DNA from: Bacillota bacterium
GTDB lineage: Bacteria > Bacillota > Clostridia > Acetivibrionales > DSM-1351
DNA: 64,000 bases
Reading direction: 5' to 3'
Assembly (NCBI GenBank): GCA_023441625.1
Contig: JAEZOA010000044.1
Location: 40,683 to 104,682, forward strand
This document shows, in pieces, positions 40,053 to 51,692 of this stretch. Under the pieces are notes generated by a model. The model was given only the letters and a program-made list of their open reading frames with translations, was not told the DNA's origin and did not search any database. The translations under genes were made by a program, and so were the position numbers. How positions within the stretch are numbered: the stretch's first letter is position 1; the number at the start of each line of letters is the position of its first letter.

Positions 40053-40523
40053 TTATATACTAAATTCCTGCTTAATAGCATAAATTGCCTTATCAATATC
40101 TTTTTCATAAATCAAATAAGATATTTCGACCTCAGAAGTAGTAACAAGCTTTACCTCAATTTCATTTACAGCTAAAAGTGTAAATAGCCGTGCCGCTACA
40201 CCAGGAATGTTCTTCATGGCTTCTCCAAAGACAGTAATCTTGGTATTATCTGAGTCAATCTCTATTCTTAGGTTTGGTACCTTATGCTTAAATGAATTTA
40301 GCAGGCTAATAACCCTAACAATATCTTCTGATGGAAGGCTGAAGGAAATATTAATTTTCCCTTTATAGGGAGGAGCCTGACTAATCATATCAATATTAAT
40401 TTTTTCATTCGCAATTTTACTGAAAATGCTTGAAATAAGAGCCATGTCATTTGGAAGATTGTCTACGGTCACGAGTGCTACATTGTATACAGTACTAATA
40501 CTTGTAACAGGATTATTTGACAT
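40053..40523 (-). CDS. ACT domain protein (aspartokinase beta-like)
   Basis: INIDMISQ, GEAMKNIPGVAARLF, TTSEVEIS. Confidence 0.85.
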   Translation of the reverse strand: MSNNPVTSISTVYNVALVTVDNLPNDMALISSIFSKIANEKINIDMISQAPPYKGKINISFSLPSEDIVRVISLLNSFKHKVPNLRIEIDSDNTKITVFGEAMKNIPGVAARLFTLLAVNEIEVKLVTTSEVEISYLIYEKDIDKAIYAIKQEFSI

Positions 40524-40576
40524 AAGAAATACCTCCTCAAGCTATATTATTCAAAATTCAACAAATTTGCACCGAA

Positions 40577-41347
40577 TTAGTTGCTGGCTTCAATAAGTTC
40601 TGTCATTGAATACAGGCCAGGCTGCTTAGAAGATAGAAATATAGATGCCTTTAGAGCTCCAACAGCAAATATTTCTTTTGACATTGCTATGTGGTTTATT
40701 TCTATAATCTCATCATTGCCTGCAAAAATAACAGAGTGATCACCTACAATTGTGCCACCACGCACAGCATGTATGCCGATTTCCTGCTTGCCACGCTTTT
40801 TTCTTCTGGAGTGTCTGTCATACATGTACTCGCATTTCTCATCAAGTGAATCATTAATAGCATCTGCAATTGCAAGAGCAGTACCACTTGGAGCATCTAC
40901 TTTCTGATTGTGATGTTTCTCAACAATTTCAATATCAAATTGCCCTTCCAATACTTTTGCTGCTTTTTTTACAAGGTCTATCAGAAGGTTAACACCAAGT
41001 GACATGTTTGCTGAGAAAAATACTGGAATTCTTTTTGATACATCATTCTTTAGTAGGGTAGTTTGCTCTGTAGAAAGACCAGTTGTAGCCATAACGATAG
41101 GTATACGCTTTTCCTGTGCATATTCAACTAAGCCATTAAATGCTTTTGGGTTTGAAAAATCAATAATTACATCAATCTTTACATTGCATTCATCTAGAGA
41201 AGTAAAAACAGGGTAGGGGTTATTAATATTATTATTTAAATCAAACCCAGCAGCTATCCTTAATTCACTGAAATTTTCAGAAAGCCTGGTAATTACCTGC
41301 CCCATTTTTCCGTTGCATCCACTTAATAATATATTAATCATTTGCAA
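40577..41347 (-). CDS. dapB: 4-hydroxy-tetrahydrodipicolinate reductase
   Basis: GCNGKMG, EKHHNQKVDAPSGTA. Confidence 0.95.
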   Translation of the reverse strand: MQMINILLSGCNGKMGQVITRLSENFSELRIAAGFDLNNNINNPYPVFTSLDECNVKIDVIIDFSNPKAFNGLVEYAQEKRIPIVMATTGLSTEQTTLLKNDVSKRIPVFFSANMSLGVNLLIDLVKKAAKVLEGQFDIEIVEKHHNQKVDAPSGTALAIADAINDSLDEKCEYMYDRHSRRKKRGKQEIGIHAVRGGTIVGDHSVIFAGNDEIIEINHIAMSKEIFAVGALKASIFLSSKQPGLYSMTELIEASN

Positions 41348-41428
41348 TTCACATCCTTAATTTGATTATAAGTAATAAAACTGATACATTTAATAAATGT
41401 TTAAATGCGTATAAATTCTATGTTTTTA

Positions 41429-42310
41429 CTAGGATATTAAACCGTACTTTTTGAGTTCATTCTTAAGAACCTCTAAATTTTTATCTGACATATCAACTAA
41501 AGGAAGTCTGCAAGAGCCCACATTCATTCCTAGAATGTTCATTGCTGCTTTTATAGGAATAGGACTAACCTCACAGAATAAGGCCTTAATTAAATCTAAG
41601 GTTTTCAATTGTAATTTTCTGCTGCCATCAATATCGCCAGCTAAAAACTTAGCTACTATATCGTGAGTATCCTTTGGAATAATATTAGCCATAACAGAGA
41701 TTACACCCTTTGCACCCATAGAGAGAAAAGGAACAATTGCACCATCTTCTCCAGAGTAGATAGTAATATCGTCTCCGCATAGATTTACAATATCACCAAC
41801 CTGAGATAAATTACATTCTTTTATTGCAACTATATTATCTATCTGAGATAATGCCTTAACAGTTTCTGGTGCAATATTCAAGTTAGTCCTTGATGGAACA
41901 TTGTAAAGTATCGCAGGAATATTTATACTGTTTGCAATAATCTTGAAATGCTCATACAATCCCTTTTGTGTAGTTTTATTATAGTATGGCGTAACAGTTA
42001 AAATAGCATCTGCGCCAACTTCTTGCGCATATTTGCTAAGCTCTATTGCATGGGCAGTATAATTGCTGCCTGTACCTGCTATAACTGGTAATCTGCCATT
42101 AACCTTCTCGACGGTGTGCTTTATTGCAGCTTTGTGCTCTTCGTCATACATGGTAGATGCCTCACCAGTCGTACCACAAATAATTATAGCATCAGTACCT
42201 TCTTTTATTTGATATTCAATTAACTCTGAAAGCTTTGTGTAGTCAGTCCCTTCATTGGTAAATGGGGTAACAATAGCAACACCTGAACCTGTAAAAATTG
42301 GTTTTCTCAT
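41429..42310 (-). CDS. dapA: 4-hydroxy-tetrahydrodipicolinate synthase
   Basis: [24 protein letters not shown]; start ATG 42310. Confidence 0.95.
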   Translation of the reverse strand: MRKPIFTGSGVAIVTPFTNEGTDYTKLSELIEYQIKEGTDAIIICGTTGEASTMYDEEHKAAIKHTVEKVNGRLPVIAGTGSNYTAHAIELSKYAQEVGADAILTVTPYYNKTTQKGLYEHFKIIANSINIPAILYNVPSRTNLNIAPETVKALSQIDNIVAIKECNLSQVGDIVNLCGDDITIYSGEDGAIVPFLSMGAKGVISVMANIIPKDTHDIVAKFLAGDIDGSRKLQLKTLDLIKALFCEVSPIPIKAAMNILGMNVGSCRLPLVDMSDKNLEVLKNELKKYGLIS

Positions 42311-42333
42311 ATATATACACCCTTTCTTTAATA

Positions 42334-42372
42334 AAACAACGCAAGTTGGCAAGCCAACATTGCATATGTTAA
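42334..42372. repeat. Family A hairpin repeat
   Basis: AAACAACGCAAGTTGGCAAGCCAACATTGCATATGTTAA between the riboswitch terminator and the dapA SD. Confidence 0.9.
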
Positions 42373-42377
42373 TAAAT

Positions 42378-42413
42378 AAAAAAACGTTAGCTTAATGGGC
42401 CAACGTCTGTTTA
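42378..42413 (-). terminator. Riboswitch expression-platform terminator
   Basis: Minus strand ACGTTGGC...GCTAACGT-TTTTTT. Confidence 0.7.
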
Positions 42414-42444
42414 ACAAATTATAATTAATAAAATTATAATAAAC

Positions 42445-42620
42445 AAATAGCTCTCCATCATGCAATATGATGACAGTCACAAAGCTATTAACTTTGCAAC
42501 CAGGCAGAACAGAATCAATGGGTAAGTAACTGCCTTCGGCGTTTTTTCCTTTCAAAAACAAATCGCAAGACCCCAAAAATCTTCATTGCTCCTACTTTTA
42601 AAAAACGCAACCTCTATCTA
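42445..42620 (-). ncRNA. Lysine riboswitch (L-box)
   Basis: Minus strand AGATAGAGGTTGCG...AGTA...GAAAGG...CGCCGAAG...CTGTCA...TGGAGAGCTATTT upstream of dapA. Confidence 0.92.
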
Positions 42621-42802
42621 AATTTATTCATTTTTTTTAATAATATCATTAAAGATATAAAGTGTCAAATACTTATTTGCAGCTATGTATTATTATATTC
42701 ATGATGTTTCAATAATGTTACATTTTACATATTAAGCAGGTGGTAATAGGAAACTTGTCGAAAATAAATATTTGAAGTAAAAAATAGAAGGAGTTTGTAC
42801 AA

Positions 42803-44452
42803 ATGAAGAAAATTTGCTTGTTTTTAAGCAGTGTTTTGGTTTTTTTAATGTTTAATGTAGTTAGTAATTCAAATACATATGCAGCATCAAATCCAACTGT
42901 AAAAATTGGTTTGTTTTATAAATCAACGGCACAAAGCCAGATTGATATAAGCGGCGATAAGGGAGTATCCTTTAATGCATATGATTCGGTAGCCAATAAA
43001 TATTACCCTGTTTATGACTCGGCAGCGGGGGAAGTAATAACTATCAGAAAAGACAGCTATTTTACAAATAGTGGCTTGAAGTATACACCTGTTGCTTCAA
43101 ATGGTAATCCCACAATTGGTCCATTTCATATTCAGATTCAAAAAACCTATAGTACATATAAAGATGCATTGCCGATAGTTCAAAACTACATAAAAAAAGG
43201 GATAGCTGCATATCCTGTATACACTGATTCAGGTTGGAATATATGGACAGGTTTCTATATTAACAAGGCTGCTGCTGAAAAGGGATTATCAGATGTAAAG
43301 GCAAAGCTTGGTGAAAATACATATACTGTAATTGAACAGGTGGACACAAGAATTTATGGTGTAGACAGCTCTGGTCAAGTTAAGTTTATGTATGCATCTG
43401 CAAAAAATCTTCTAAGAGGAAAATCATTATCTACTGAAAATCCAAATCCAATTAAAATTGGTAATACAAATCTAAACTCATATAGAGGTCAAGTAGAGTT
43501 TTTGCGTCAAACAGACAGTGACATGACAATAATCAATGTTTTACCACTAGAGGAATATTTATATGGCGTAGTACCAAATGAAATGCCAGCTTATTCCCAT
43601 GCTGAGGCATTAAAGGCACAGACAATAGCAGCGAGAACATATTCATACAAATCAATTAATAAGCATATAAAGCTGGGCTTTAACCTCTGTTCAACAACTG
43701 ATTGTCATGTGTATAGAGGTTTTGCATCAGAGAGTCCAATTACTAACGAGGTAATAGATGAAACAAAAGACATGGTGCTTACCTATAACGGTGCATTAGC
43801 TGAAACCCTTTATTTCTCTTCAAGTGGAGGTAAAACGGAAGCAGCTGTGAATGTATGGGGAACTGAATTCCCTTATTTACAAAGCGTTGAGGATAAATAT
43901 GAATCTGGTAAATATGCTAATTACAATTGGACTAATACCTACACTATAGATGAGATTAATCAGAAGCTGAAGAGCTATAATCTTGGAACAGTTACTGGCA
44001 TTGAAATAACTAAGTATTCAGAAGCAGGAAGACCTATTGAAATAATCGTTAAGGGAACCTTAAAGCCAGAGGGGGTTGTTATTACTAAGGATAGGTGCAG
44101 AACATTTCTAGGCTTACCTAGCCAGTGGTACACAATTAAGACAAATGCCGATATAGATATTTCTGTAAATAATCAAAAAATTAGTACACAATTAAGTCAG
44201 GTAAAGGTAATAACGGCAAATGGGCAAACTACTTATTCTAATCCTGACCAAAAGGTCACAATAGTAGGCGCAAATGGTACAAGTACTACTGCTTCTACAA
44301 CCCCTACAGAATTTATATTTACTGGTAAGGGCTGGGGTCATGCAGTGGGGATGAGTCAGGATGGTGCTATGGGTATGGCAAACGCAGGTTTCACCTTTGA
44401 AGAAATATTAACACATTACTATACCGGGACGAAAATCCAATTAAAGCAGTAG
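42803..44452 (+). CDS. SpoIID/LytB domain protein
   Basis: Signal peptide; LEEYLYGVVPNEM, ALKAQTIAARTY, GWGHAVGMSQDGA. Confidence 0.9.
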   Translation: MKKICLFLSSVLVFLMFNVVSNSNTYAASNPTVKIGLFYKSTAQSQIDISGDKGVSFNAYDSVANKYYPVYDSAAGEVITIRKDSYFTNSGLKYTPVASNGNPTIGPFHIQIQKTYSTYKDALPIVQNYIKKGIAAYPVYTDSGWNIWTGFYINKAAAEKGLSDVKAKLGENTYTVIEQVDTRIYGVDSSGQVKFMYASAKNLLRGKSLSTENPNPIKIGNTNLNSYRGQVEFLRQTDSDMTIINVLPLEEYLYGVVPNEMPAYSHAEALKAQTIAARTYSYKSINKHIKLGFNLCSTTDCHVYRGFASESPITNEVIDETKDMVLTYNGALAETLYFSSSGGKTEAAVNVWGTEFPYLQSVEDKYESGKYANYNWTNTYTIDEINQKLKSYNLGTVTGIEITKYSEAGRPIEIIVKGTLKPEGVVITKDRCRTFLGLPSQWYTIKTNADIDISVNNQKISTQLSQVKVITANGQTTYSNPDQKVTIVGANGTSTTASTTPTEFIFTGKGWGHAVGMSQDGAMGMANAGFTFEEILTHYYTGTKIQLKQ

Positions 44453-44526
44453 TGTAAGTTACAAACTGGGAGTCTTTATTAAAACATTAAAAATACGCCG
44501 GCATATAGATGAGTCGACGTATTTTT

Positions 44527-44563
44527 TAATATAAGCATGTTGGTTTGCCAGCATGGGTTGTTT
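44527..44563. repeat. Family A hairpin repeat (diverged)
   Basis: ATAAGCATGTTGGTTTGCCAGCATGGGTTGTTT abutting the terminator at about 44489-44527. Confidence 0.7.
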
Positions 44564-44605
44564 CAGCTATTAACTTCTAATTTATTACAAGGTAACTCTT
44601 TATTA

Positions 44606-45964
44606 TTATTTATTTTTAAAAAACTCATTATACAAAGCAACAACGGCCTTATCTGCTTCACTTTGTCTTACAGCAAACATCATAGTTACCTCGGAGGAAC
44701 CCTGATTAATCATTTCCAAGCTTATTGAAGACTTTGCTAATGCTGAAGTAGCTCTTGCAGCAGTTCCAACAGTGTTCTTCATGCCCTCTCCAACGATAAT
44801 TATAAGTGCTAAATCATGATCTATTGACACATCATCGCAATTTAGTTCTTCTTTAATGCGTTTTAGAATTTTATTTTCAACGCCTTCTTTTAATTGGTTA
44901 TGCTTGAGAATTATTGAAATATTATCAATTCCTGAAGGAGTATGCTCATAAGATATTCCTTCCTGTTCTAGTATTTGAAGAAGCTTTCTGCCAAAGCCTA
45001 TTTCTCTATTCATCATAAATTTACTTACATAAATACAGCTGAAACCAGAATCACTAGCAATTCCAACAACATGGTGGTTTGGTGTAAATTCTCTTTTTAC
45101 TGTAATTTTTGTACCTGGAGCAGTTGGATTATTAGTGTTTTTTATACATACGGGAACACCAGCCATAAACACAGGTATAAGGGTATCTTCATGCAGAACA
45201 GAAAAACCCGCATAGGAAAGCTCTCTCATTTCTCTGTAAGTTAGCTCTGAAATTGCAACGGGATTGTGGACTAAACCAGGATGAGCAGCATATACAGCGT
45301 CAACATCCGTAAAGTTTTCATATAAATCTACCTTTAGTGCAGCGGCTAATATAGAACCGGTAATATCTGAGCCTCCACGAGGGAAGGTTGCTACCTTGCC
45401 TTCTAGTGTGTAGCCGAAAAAGCCAGGGAAAATAATAATTCCATCATAATCATTGAGCTTTTTGAGATTTTCATAGGATTCCGGCAAAACCTGAGCATTT
45501 CCAAAATCACTGCTCATTAATAAGCCTGCCTGTTTAGGACAGACATATTGAGCCTTTTTACCTATGCTAGTTAAGTAGGCAGCAACCAATTTAGCACTGT
45601 TATCCTCACCAGCAGCTTTCATTGCATCCATGAACATACCCTTGTGGCTTGTATCTAGCTTTAATCTGTTTTCTAAGTCAGATTTAATCTCATCTATTAT
45701 TTCGTTGCCTAGTTTTAAATCATCAGCGATAGCTTTAAATCTATTTACTACATCATTGAGCTCTGCTTCAGCATTTCCAGTATCTAAATGCTTTTGGGCA
45801 CAAGCTATTAATAAATCAGTAACTTTTGTATCTGTTTTGTCTCTTTTACCAGGTGCAGATACAACTACAACCCTTCTTTCACTATCAGATAGAACAATAT
45901 CACAAACTTTTTTTATTTGTTCGGCATTAGCCAATGAGGTTCCACCAAATTTTGCTACCTTCAT
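44606..45964 (-). CDS. Aspartate kinase
   Basis: VAKFGGTSLA, VVVSAPGK, RGGSDITG, two ACT domains. Confidence 0.93.
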   Translation of the reverse strand: MKVAKFGGTSLANAEQIKKVCDIVLSDSERRVVVVSAPGKRDKTDTKVTDLLIACAQKHLDTGNAEAELNDVVNRFKAIADDLKLGNEIIDEIKSDLENRLKLDTSHKGMFMDAMKAAGEDNSAKLVAAYLTSIGKKAQYVCPKQAGLLMSSDFGNAQVLPESYENLKKLNDYDGIIIFPGFFGYTLEGKVATFPRGGSDITGSILAAALKVDLYENFTDVDAVYAAHPGLVHNPVAISELTYREMRELSYAGFSVLHEDTLIPVFMAGVPVCIKNTNNPTAPGTKITVKREFTPNHHVVGIASDSGFSCIYVSKFMMNREIGFGRKLLQILEQEGISYEHTPSGIDNISIILKHNQLKEGVENKILKRIKEELNCDDVSIDHDLALIIIVGEGMKNTVGTAARATSALAKSSISLEMINQGSSEVTMMFAVRQSEADKAVVALYNEFFKNK

Positions 45965-46192
45965 TTTGAATCCTCCATCCATTTATCTAAATTTTTACTA
46001 TTAATATATTTTAAAGCATAGACATGGCATAAATTATACAAAAAAACATTATGTATGGCAATAATTATTTGTAATATAAGCAATTATAATGTATGATAAT
46101 TAATGATAATTTTATACTAAATAGTATAGTTACAGCTTTATTCATAATATAGAAATTACCATTTAAGCGATATATTTGGAGGATTATAAAAC

Positions 46193-47221
46193 GTGAATTT
46201 GCACGAGTTTGATTACTATTTACCAGAGGAGCTAATTGCTCAGCATCCTATACAAAAAAGAGACATGTCAAGGTTGATGGTACTTGATAAAGAGACAGGT
46301 CAAATAGAGCATAAGGTTTTTAAAGAGGTTGTTGACTACTTTAATGAAGGTGATTGCCTTGTTTTAAATAATACTAGGGTTATTCCTGCCAGATTACTTG
46401 GAGAAAAAGAGGGTAGTGGCGGAAAAATAGAGTTTGTGCTTTTAAAGCGAGTAACGGGGGATGACTGGGAGGTCATTTTAAAACCAGGCAGAAAGGCAAA
46501 GCCTGGCGCAAGGTTTGTTTTTGGAAATGGAGAATTGAAGGCAGAAATATTAGAGGTGTTTGAAGAAGGAAATAGATTGGTTAGGTTTATATATGAAGGT
46601 GTATTCGAAGAGATACTAGATAGGGTAGGAATAATGCCCTTGCCGCCGTATATAACTGAGAAGCTGGAAGACCCTGAGCGATATCAGACAGTATATGCAA
46701 AATACAATGGCTCGGCGGCTGCACCAACAGCTGGCTTACATTTTACGCAGGAGCTTTTAAGTGCTTTAAAGGATAAGGGTGTAAAAATTGTATATGTTAT
46801 GCTGCATGTTGGTTTAGGTACCTTCAGACCAGTTAAAGTAGATGATATTACAAAGCATAAAATGCATTCAGAGTATTATTCAATTGATCAGGCTTCGTGT
46901 GATACTATAAATGCCACCAAGAAAGAAGGCAATAAGATAGTCGCTGTTGGAACAACAAGTTGCAGGGTCTTAGAGACTGTAGGGAGAAATGGAAATGGAG
47001 AACTTCAGCCCTGTGATGGTTGGACTGACATTTTTATATACCCGGGCTATCAGTTCAAGATTGTGGACAGGCTTATTACAAATTTTCATTTACCTGAATC
47101 TACTCTTATAATGCTGGTAAGCACATTAGCAGGAAGAGAAAATGTTTTAAATGCATATTCTGAGGCTGTAAATGAGAAATATAGATTTTTCAGTTTTGGA
47201 GATGCAATGTTTATAAAGTAG
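46193..47221 (+). CDS. queA: S-adenosylmethionine:tRNA ribosyltransferase-isomerase
   Basis: [31 protein letters not shown]. Confidence 0.97.
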   Translation: MNLHEFDYYLPEELIAQHPIQKRDMSRLMVLDKETGQIEHKVFKEVVDYFNEGDCLVLNNTRVIPARLLGEKEGSGGKIEFVLLKRVTGDDWEVILKPGRKAKPGARFVFGNGELKAEILEVFEEGNRLVRFIYEGVFEEILDRVGIMPLPPYITEKLEDPERYQTVYAKYNGSAAAPTAGLHFTQELLSALKDKGVKIVYVMLHVGLGTFRPVKVDDITKHKMHSEYYSIDQASCDTINATKKEGNKIVAVGTTSCRVLETVGRNGNGELQPCDGWTDIFIYPGYQFKIVDRLITNFHLPESTLIMLVSTLAGRENVLNAYSEAVNEKYRFFSFGDAMFIK

Positions 47222-47368
47222 ACTTAGTCCAGATGGGGTTTTCTGGACTCTAGTCGCCCTTATTTCGAGCTTGGAGATAATTAGCTCGTGCTCAAAGAGC
47301 AGGAGATTAGTAGCTCCGTGAAGATAAAGTAGACTTAGTCCAGATGAAGTTTTCTGGACTCTAGTCGC
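47213..47368. repeat. Two 45-bp palindromic direct repeats around a 66-bp spacer
   Basis: ATAAAGTAGACTTAGTCCAGATG(GG/AA)GTTTTCTGGACTCTAGTCGC at 47213-47257 and 47324-47368. Confidence 0.9.
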
Positions 47369-47382
47369 ACAAAATTACTTAA

Positions 47383-48522
<1,140 letters not shown>

Positions 48523-48577
48523 TTAATGATTAATACAGTATAACTGTGTTAAATAAATTTCAGGAGGTTTTTACAAT

Positions 48578-48859
48578 ATGACTCAGCAGTTACTTGTTCA
48601 ATTTGTTTTACCAATGGTTTTAGTGTTTGGTCTTATGTATCTAATGCTTATTCGTCCACAAAAAAAGAAAGAAAAGAAAACTAAAGAATTACTTAATTCT
48701 TTGCAGGTGGGTTGGGGTGTTACAACTATTGGTGGTATTTGTGGAAAAATTGTTAATATCAAAGACGATGAAATAACTATTGAATCTAGTATTGATAAGA
48801 CAAAGATACTTGTTAAACGTTGGGCTATAAAAGATGTTGATAAGCCAGTTGAAGCTTAA
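48578..48859 (+). CDS. yajC: Preprotein translocase subunit
   Basis: LIRPQKKK, VTTIGGICG; follows tgt. Confidence 0.92.
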   Translation: MTQQLLVQFVLPMVLVFGLMYLMLIRPQKKKEKKTKELLNSLQVGWGVTTIGGICGKIVNIKDDEITIESSIDKTKILVKRWAIKDVDKPVEA

Positions 48860-48960
48860 TACAAAATTATATAGTTTTTAGTTACCATTTGTTCTAAGTA
48901 GCAAGCCTCAAAAATAAAATATATAGAAGGAATTCTATTTATTTTTTGTGGAGGTATACT

Positions 48961-49365
48961 ATGACTGGACAGACACCTGGATTAAAAAAGTCACTTGATG
49001 AACATGTAAACCTACTTAGAGTCGTTAAAGGATTGATTTTATCTTTTCTGATAACTCTACCTTGCTTTTTAGCGTTTGCTTTGTTTCTGACTTATACAGA
49101 TTTTCCTGAAAAATATACTTATTTAACTGTTACTATTACAACTATTATAAGTGTGCTAGTTGCATCAGCATATTCAACTAAAAATGTTAAACATAAAGGT
49201 TGGATGAATGGCTGTTTTGTAGGTATACTCTATGTGGCTATATTATATTTAGCCAGCAGTTTAGTTTTCATGAATTTTGCGTTAGACGTTCAGGTGCTTC
49301 TAACGTTTATTATAGGTGCAATTGTAGGCTGTTTGGGTGGCATTTTTGGAATAAATTTTAGGTAA
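48961..49365 (+). CDS. TIGR04086-type membrane protein
   Basis: KGWMNG..VGILY, GGIFGIN; position upstream of SCIFF locus. Confidence 0.78.
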   Translation: MTGQTPGLKKSLDEHVNLLRVVKGLILSFLITLPCFLAFALFLTYTDFPEKYTYLTVTITTIISVLVASAYSTKNVKHKGWMNGCFVGILYVAILYLASSLVFMNFALDVQVLLTFIIGAIVGCLGGIFGINFR

Positions 49366-49540
49366 AAGCGTTTCAAAAATACCTTTTCAAAGTTATTCAA
49401 ATATGCTATAATCGGCTGAGAAAAATGCGAAGCATACATTTAGTACAGCATGGTTAGCTTCGCATATCAAAAGGCCACTAAAGTGTCTTTTTGATAACAT
49501 ATAACTTCGTGCAATGCACGTAAATGGGAGGTGTTTTATT

Positions 49541-49681
49541 GTGAAGCATATAAAGACAATTAATAGTGCAACATTAAAAGATAGCCTTGCAAAAGGTGGA
49601 TGTGGGGAATGTCAAACTTCATGTCAATCAGCTTGTAAGACATCTTGCACAGTTGCAAATCAGAGCTGCGAAAAGAAGTAA
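49541..49681 (+). CDS. scfA: SCIFF ranthipeptide precursor (absent from ORF track)
   Basis: GTG start after GGGAGGTG; MKHIKTINSATLKDSLAKGGCGECQTSCQSACKTSCTVANQSCEKK. Confidence 0.95.
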   Translation: MKHIKTINSATLKDSLAKGGCGECQTSCQSACKTSCTVANQSCEKK

Positions 49682-49775
49682 TATTACAATTTTCTCAATA
49701 ACTAAACAGTGAAAAGTGTCTAATTTAGCGCTTTTCACTTTTTAAATGTTTAAAACGCTGGAGGTCAATAGTTTA

Positions 49776-51119
49776 ATGATTCACAAATATGCAATGCATG
49801 GTACAAACATAGTTATGGACATTAGCAGTGGTGCAGTTCATGTGTTTGATGCTGCTGCATTTGATGTTATTGATTTGTACAAAACAAAAACTAAAGAGCA
49901 AATTATTGATGCTTTGTCACAAAAGTATGATGGACAAGCTGTTTTGGATGCTTATGATGAGATTGCTCAATTGGAAGCTGAGGGATTGCTTTTTAGTGAG
50001 GATGCATATTCAGAAGCACTAGAAGCTTGGGAGAGAAAGCCTGTAGTTAAGGCTCTTTGTCTTCATATTTGTCATGACTGCAATCTGCGATGTAAGTACT
50101 GCTTTGCTTCTACAGGAAGCTTTGGTGGTCATAGAACAATGATGGATTTAGAAACAGGCAAAAAAGCAATAGATTTTCTTATCGAAAGGTCAGCAAACAG
50201 ACGTAATTTAGAGGTTGACTTTTTTGGTGGTGAGCCTCTCATGAATTTTGATGTTGTAAAGCAAATAGTTGAGTATGCTCGAATCAGAGAAAAAGAAACT
50301 AATAAGAATTTCAGATTTACAATTACGACTAATGCTATTCTACTCAATGAGGAAAATAAAGAGTTTATAAATAAGAACATGCATAATGTTGTTCTTAGTA
50401 TAGACGGACGTAAAGAGACTAATGATAGAATGAGACCTAGAGTTGATGATTCTGGAACATATGACAGTATTCTCCCTAAAATTAAAGATCTTGCAGACTC
50501 TAGAGATCAAAACAATTATTATGTTAGAGGAACCTTTACAAGAGAAAACCTTGATTTCTCCAAGGATGTTTTACATTTGGCAGATGAGGGTTTCAAACAG
50601 ATATCCATTGAACCAGTTGTTGCTGGGAAGGATTCAGGCTATGAGATTCGTGAGCAAGACCTAGCTACGCTCTTTGCTGAGTATGAGCTTCTTGCAAAGA
50701 AATATGTAGAGCGGGAAAAGAATGATAAAGGTTTTAATTTTTTTCACTTTATGATTGATTTACAACAAGGTCCTTGTGTGATAAAAAGACTCGGGGGCTG
50801 TGGCTCTGGTCATGAATATTTGGCTGTGACACCAGAAGGAGATTTATATCCCTGCCATCAGTTTGTTGGTGATGAGAATTTTAAAATGGGTAATCTTCAT
50901 CAAGGTGTATTTAATACTGAATTTCAGAAAAACTTTCAGAAGTCCAATATTTATTCAAAGAAGGAATGCTCAGAATGTTGGGCAAAGTTTTATTGCAGTG
51001 GTGGATGTGCTGCTAATGCATATCAATTTAATAATAATATTAACGTTCCATATTCGATAGGTTGTGAACTTGAGAAAAAAAGAGTTGAGTGTGCAATCTG
51101 GATTAAAACACAGGAATAG
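49776..51119 (+). CDS. scfB: SCIFF radical SAM maturase (SPASM)
   Basis: CNLRCKYC, GCGSG, YPCHQF, CSECWAKFYCSGGC. Confidence 0.93.
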   Translation: MIHKYAMHGTNIVMDISSGAVHVFDAAAFDVIDLYKTKTKEQIIDALSQKYDGQAVLDAYDEIAQLEAEGLLFSEDAYSEALEAWERKPVVKALCLHICHDCNLRCKYCFASTGSFGGHRTMMDLETGKKAIDFLIERSANRRNLEVDFFGGEPLMNFDVVKQIVEYARIREKETNKNFRFTITTNAILLNEENKEFINKNMHNVVLSIDGRKETNDRMRPRVDDSGTYDSILPKIKDLADSRDQNNYYVRGTFTRENLDFSKDVLHLADEGFKQISIEPVVAGKDSGYEIREQDLATLFAEYELLAKKYVEREKNDKGFNFFHFMIDLQQGPCVIKRLGGCGSGHEYLAVTPEGDLYPCHQFVGDENFKMGNLHQGVFNTEFQKNFQKSNIYSKKECSECWAKFYCSGGCAANAYQFNNNINVPYSIGCELEKKRVECAIWIKTQE

Positions 51120-51131
51120 AAGGAGTACATT

Positions 51132-51632
51132 GTGATAAGAGATTTTAACAACATTACACCCAAAATTCATGAAACTGCTTTTGTTGCACCAAATAGTACA
51201 GTTATTGGAGATGTGGTATTAGGTGCCAATTCAACAATTTGGTACAATGCAGTTTTAAGAGGAGATATAGATAGTATAGTTGTTGGTGATAACACCAATA
51301 TTCAGGAAGGCTGTATACTGCACTGCAAAAAGGGTGCAGATGTTAAAATTGGCTCTCATGTTACAATAGGTCACGGAGCTATATTGCATAGCTGCCATAT
51401 TGGTAATAATACACTTATTGGAATGGGTGCAATTGTGTTGGATGATTCAGAGATTGGTAACAATTGTCTGGTTGCCGCAGGTAGTGTTGTGACTTCAAGA
51501 ATGAAAATTCCTGATGGAAGTTTGATTGCAGGTAGTCCTGCAGTGGTTAAAAGGGTTCTGTCAGAGCAGGAGATTTCAGATATTAAAAGTAATGCAAAAG
51601 AGTATATTAATCTTTTGAAATATTATAAATAG
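51132..51632 (+). CDS. Gamma carbonic anhydrase family protein
   Basis: Hexapeptide repeats, LRGD, NIQEG..LH, TIGHGAILH. Confidence 0.9.
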   Translation: MIRDFNNITPKIHETAFVAPNSTVIGDVVLGANSTIWYNAVLRGDIDSIVVGDNTNIQEGCILHCKKGADVKIGSHVTIGHGAILHSCHIGNNTLIGMGAIVLDDSEIGNNCLVAAGSVVTSRMKIPDGSLIAGSPAVVKRVLSEQEISDIKSNAKEYINLLKYYK

Positions 51633-51692
51633 CCAAAGTGTTTTAATGAAGGAATTAAAAATTATACAAATTGGCAGTGCTTTGGAGGAAAA

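Noticed and set aside
46019..46062. GACATGGCATA resembling the family B right end
   Set aside because: Too short and lacks the rest of the element
47213..47368. Possible CRISPR array
   Set aside because: Only two repeats, a 66-bp structured spacer, overlap with the queA stop, and no cas genes in the window
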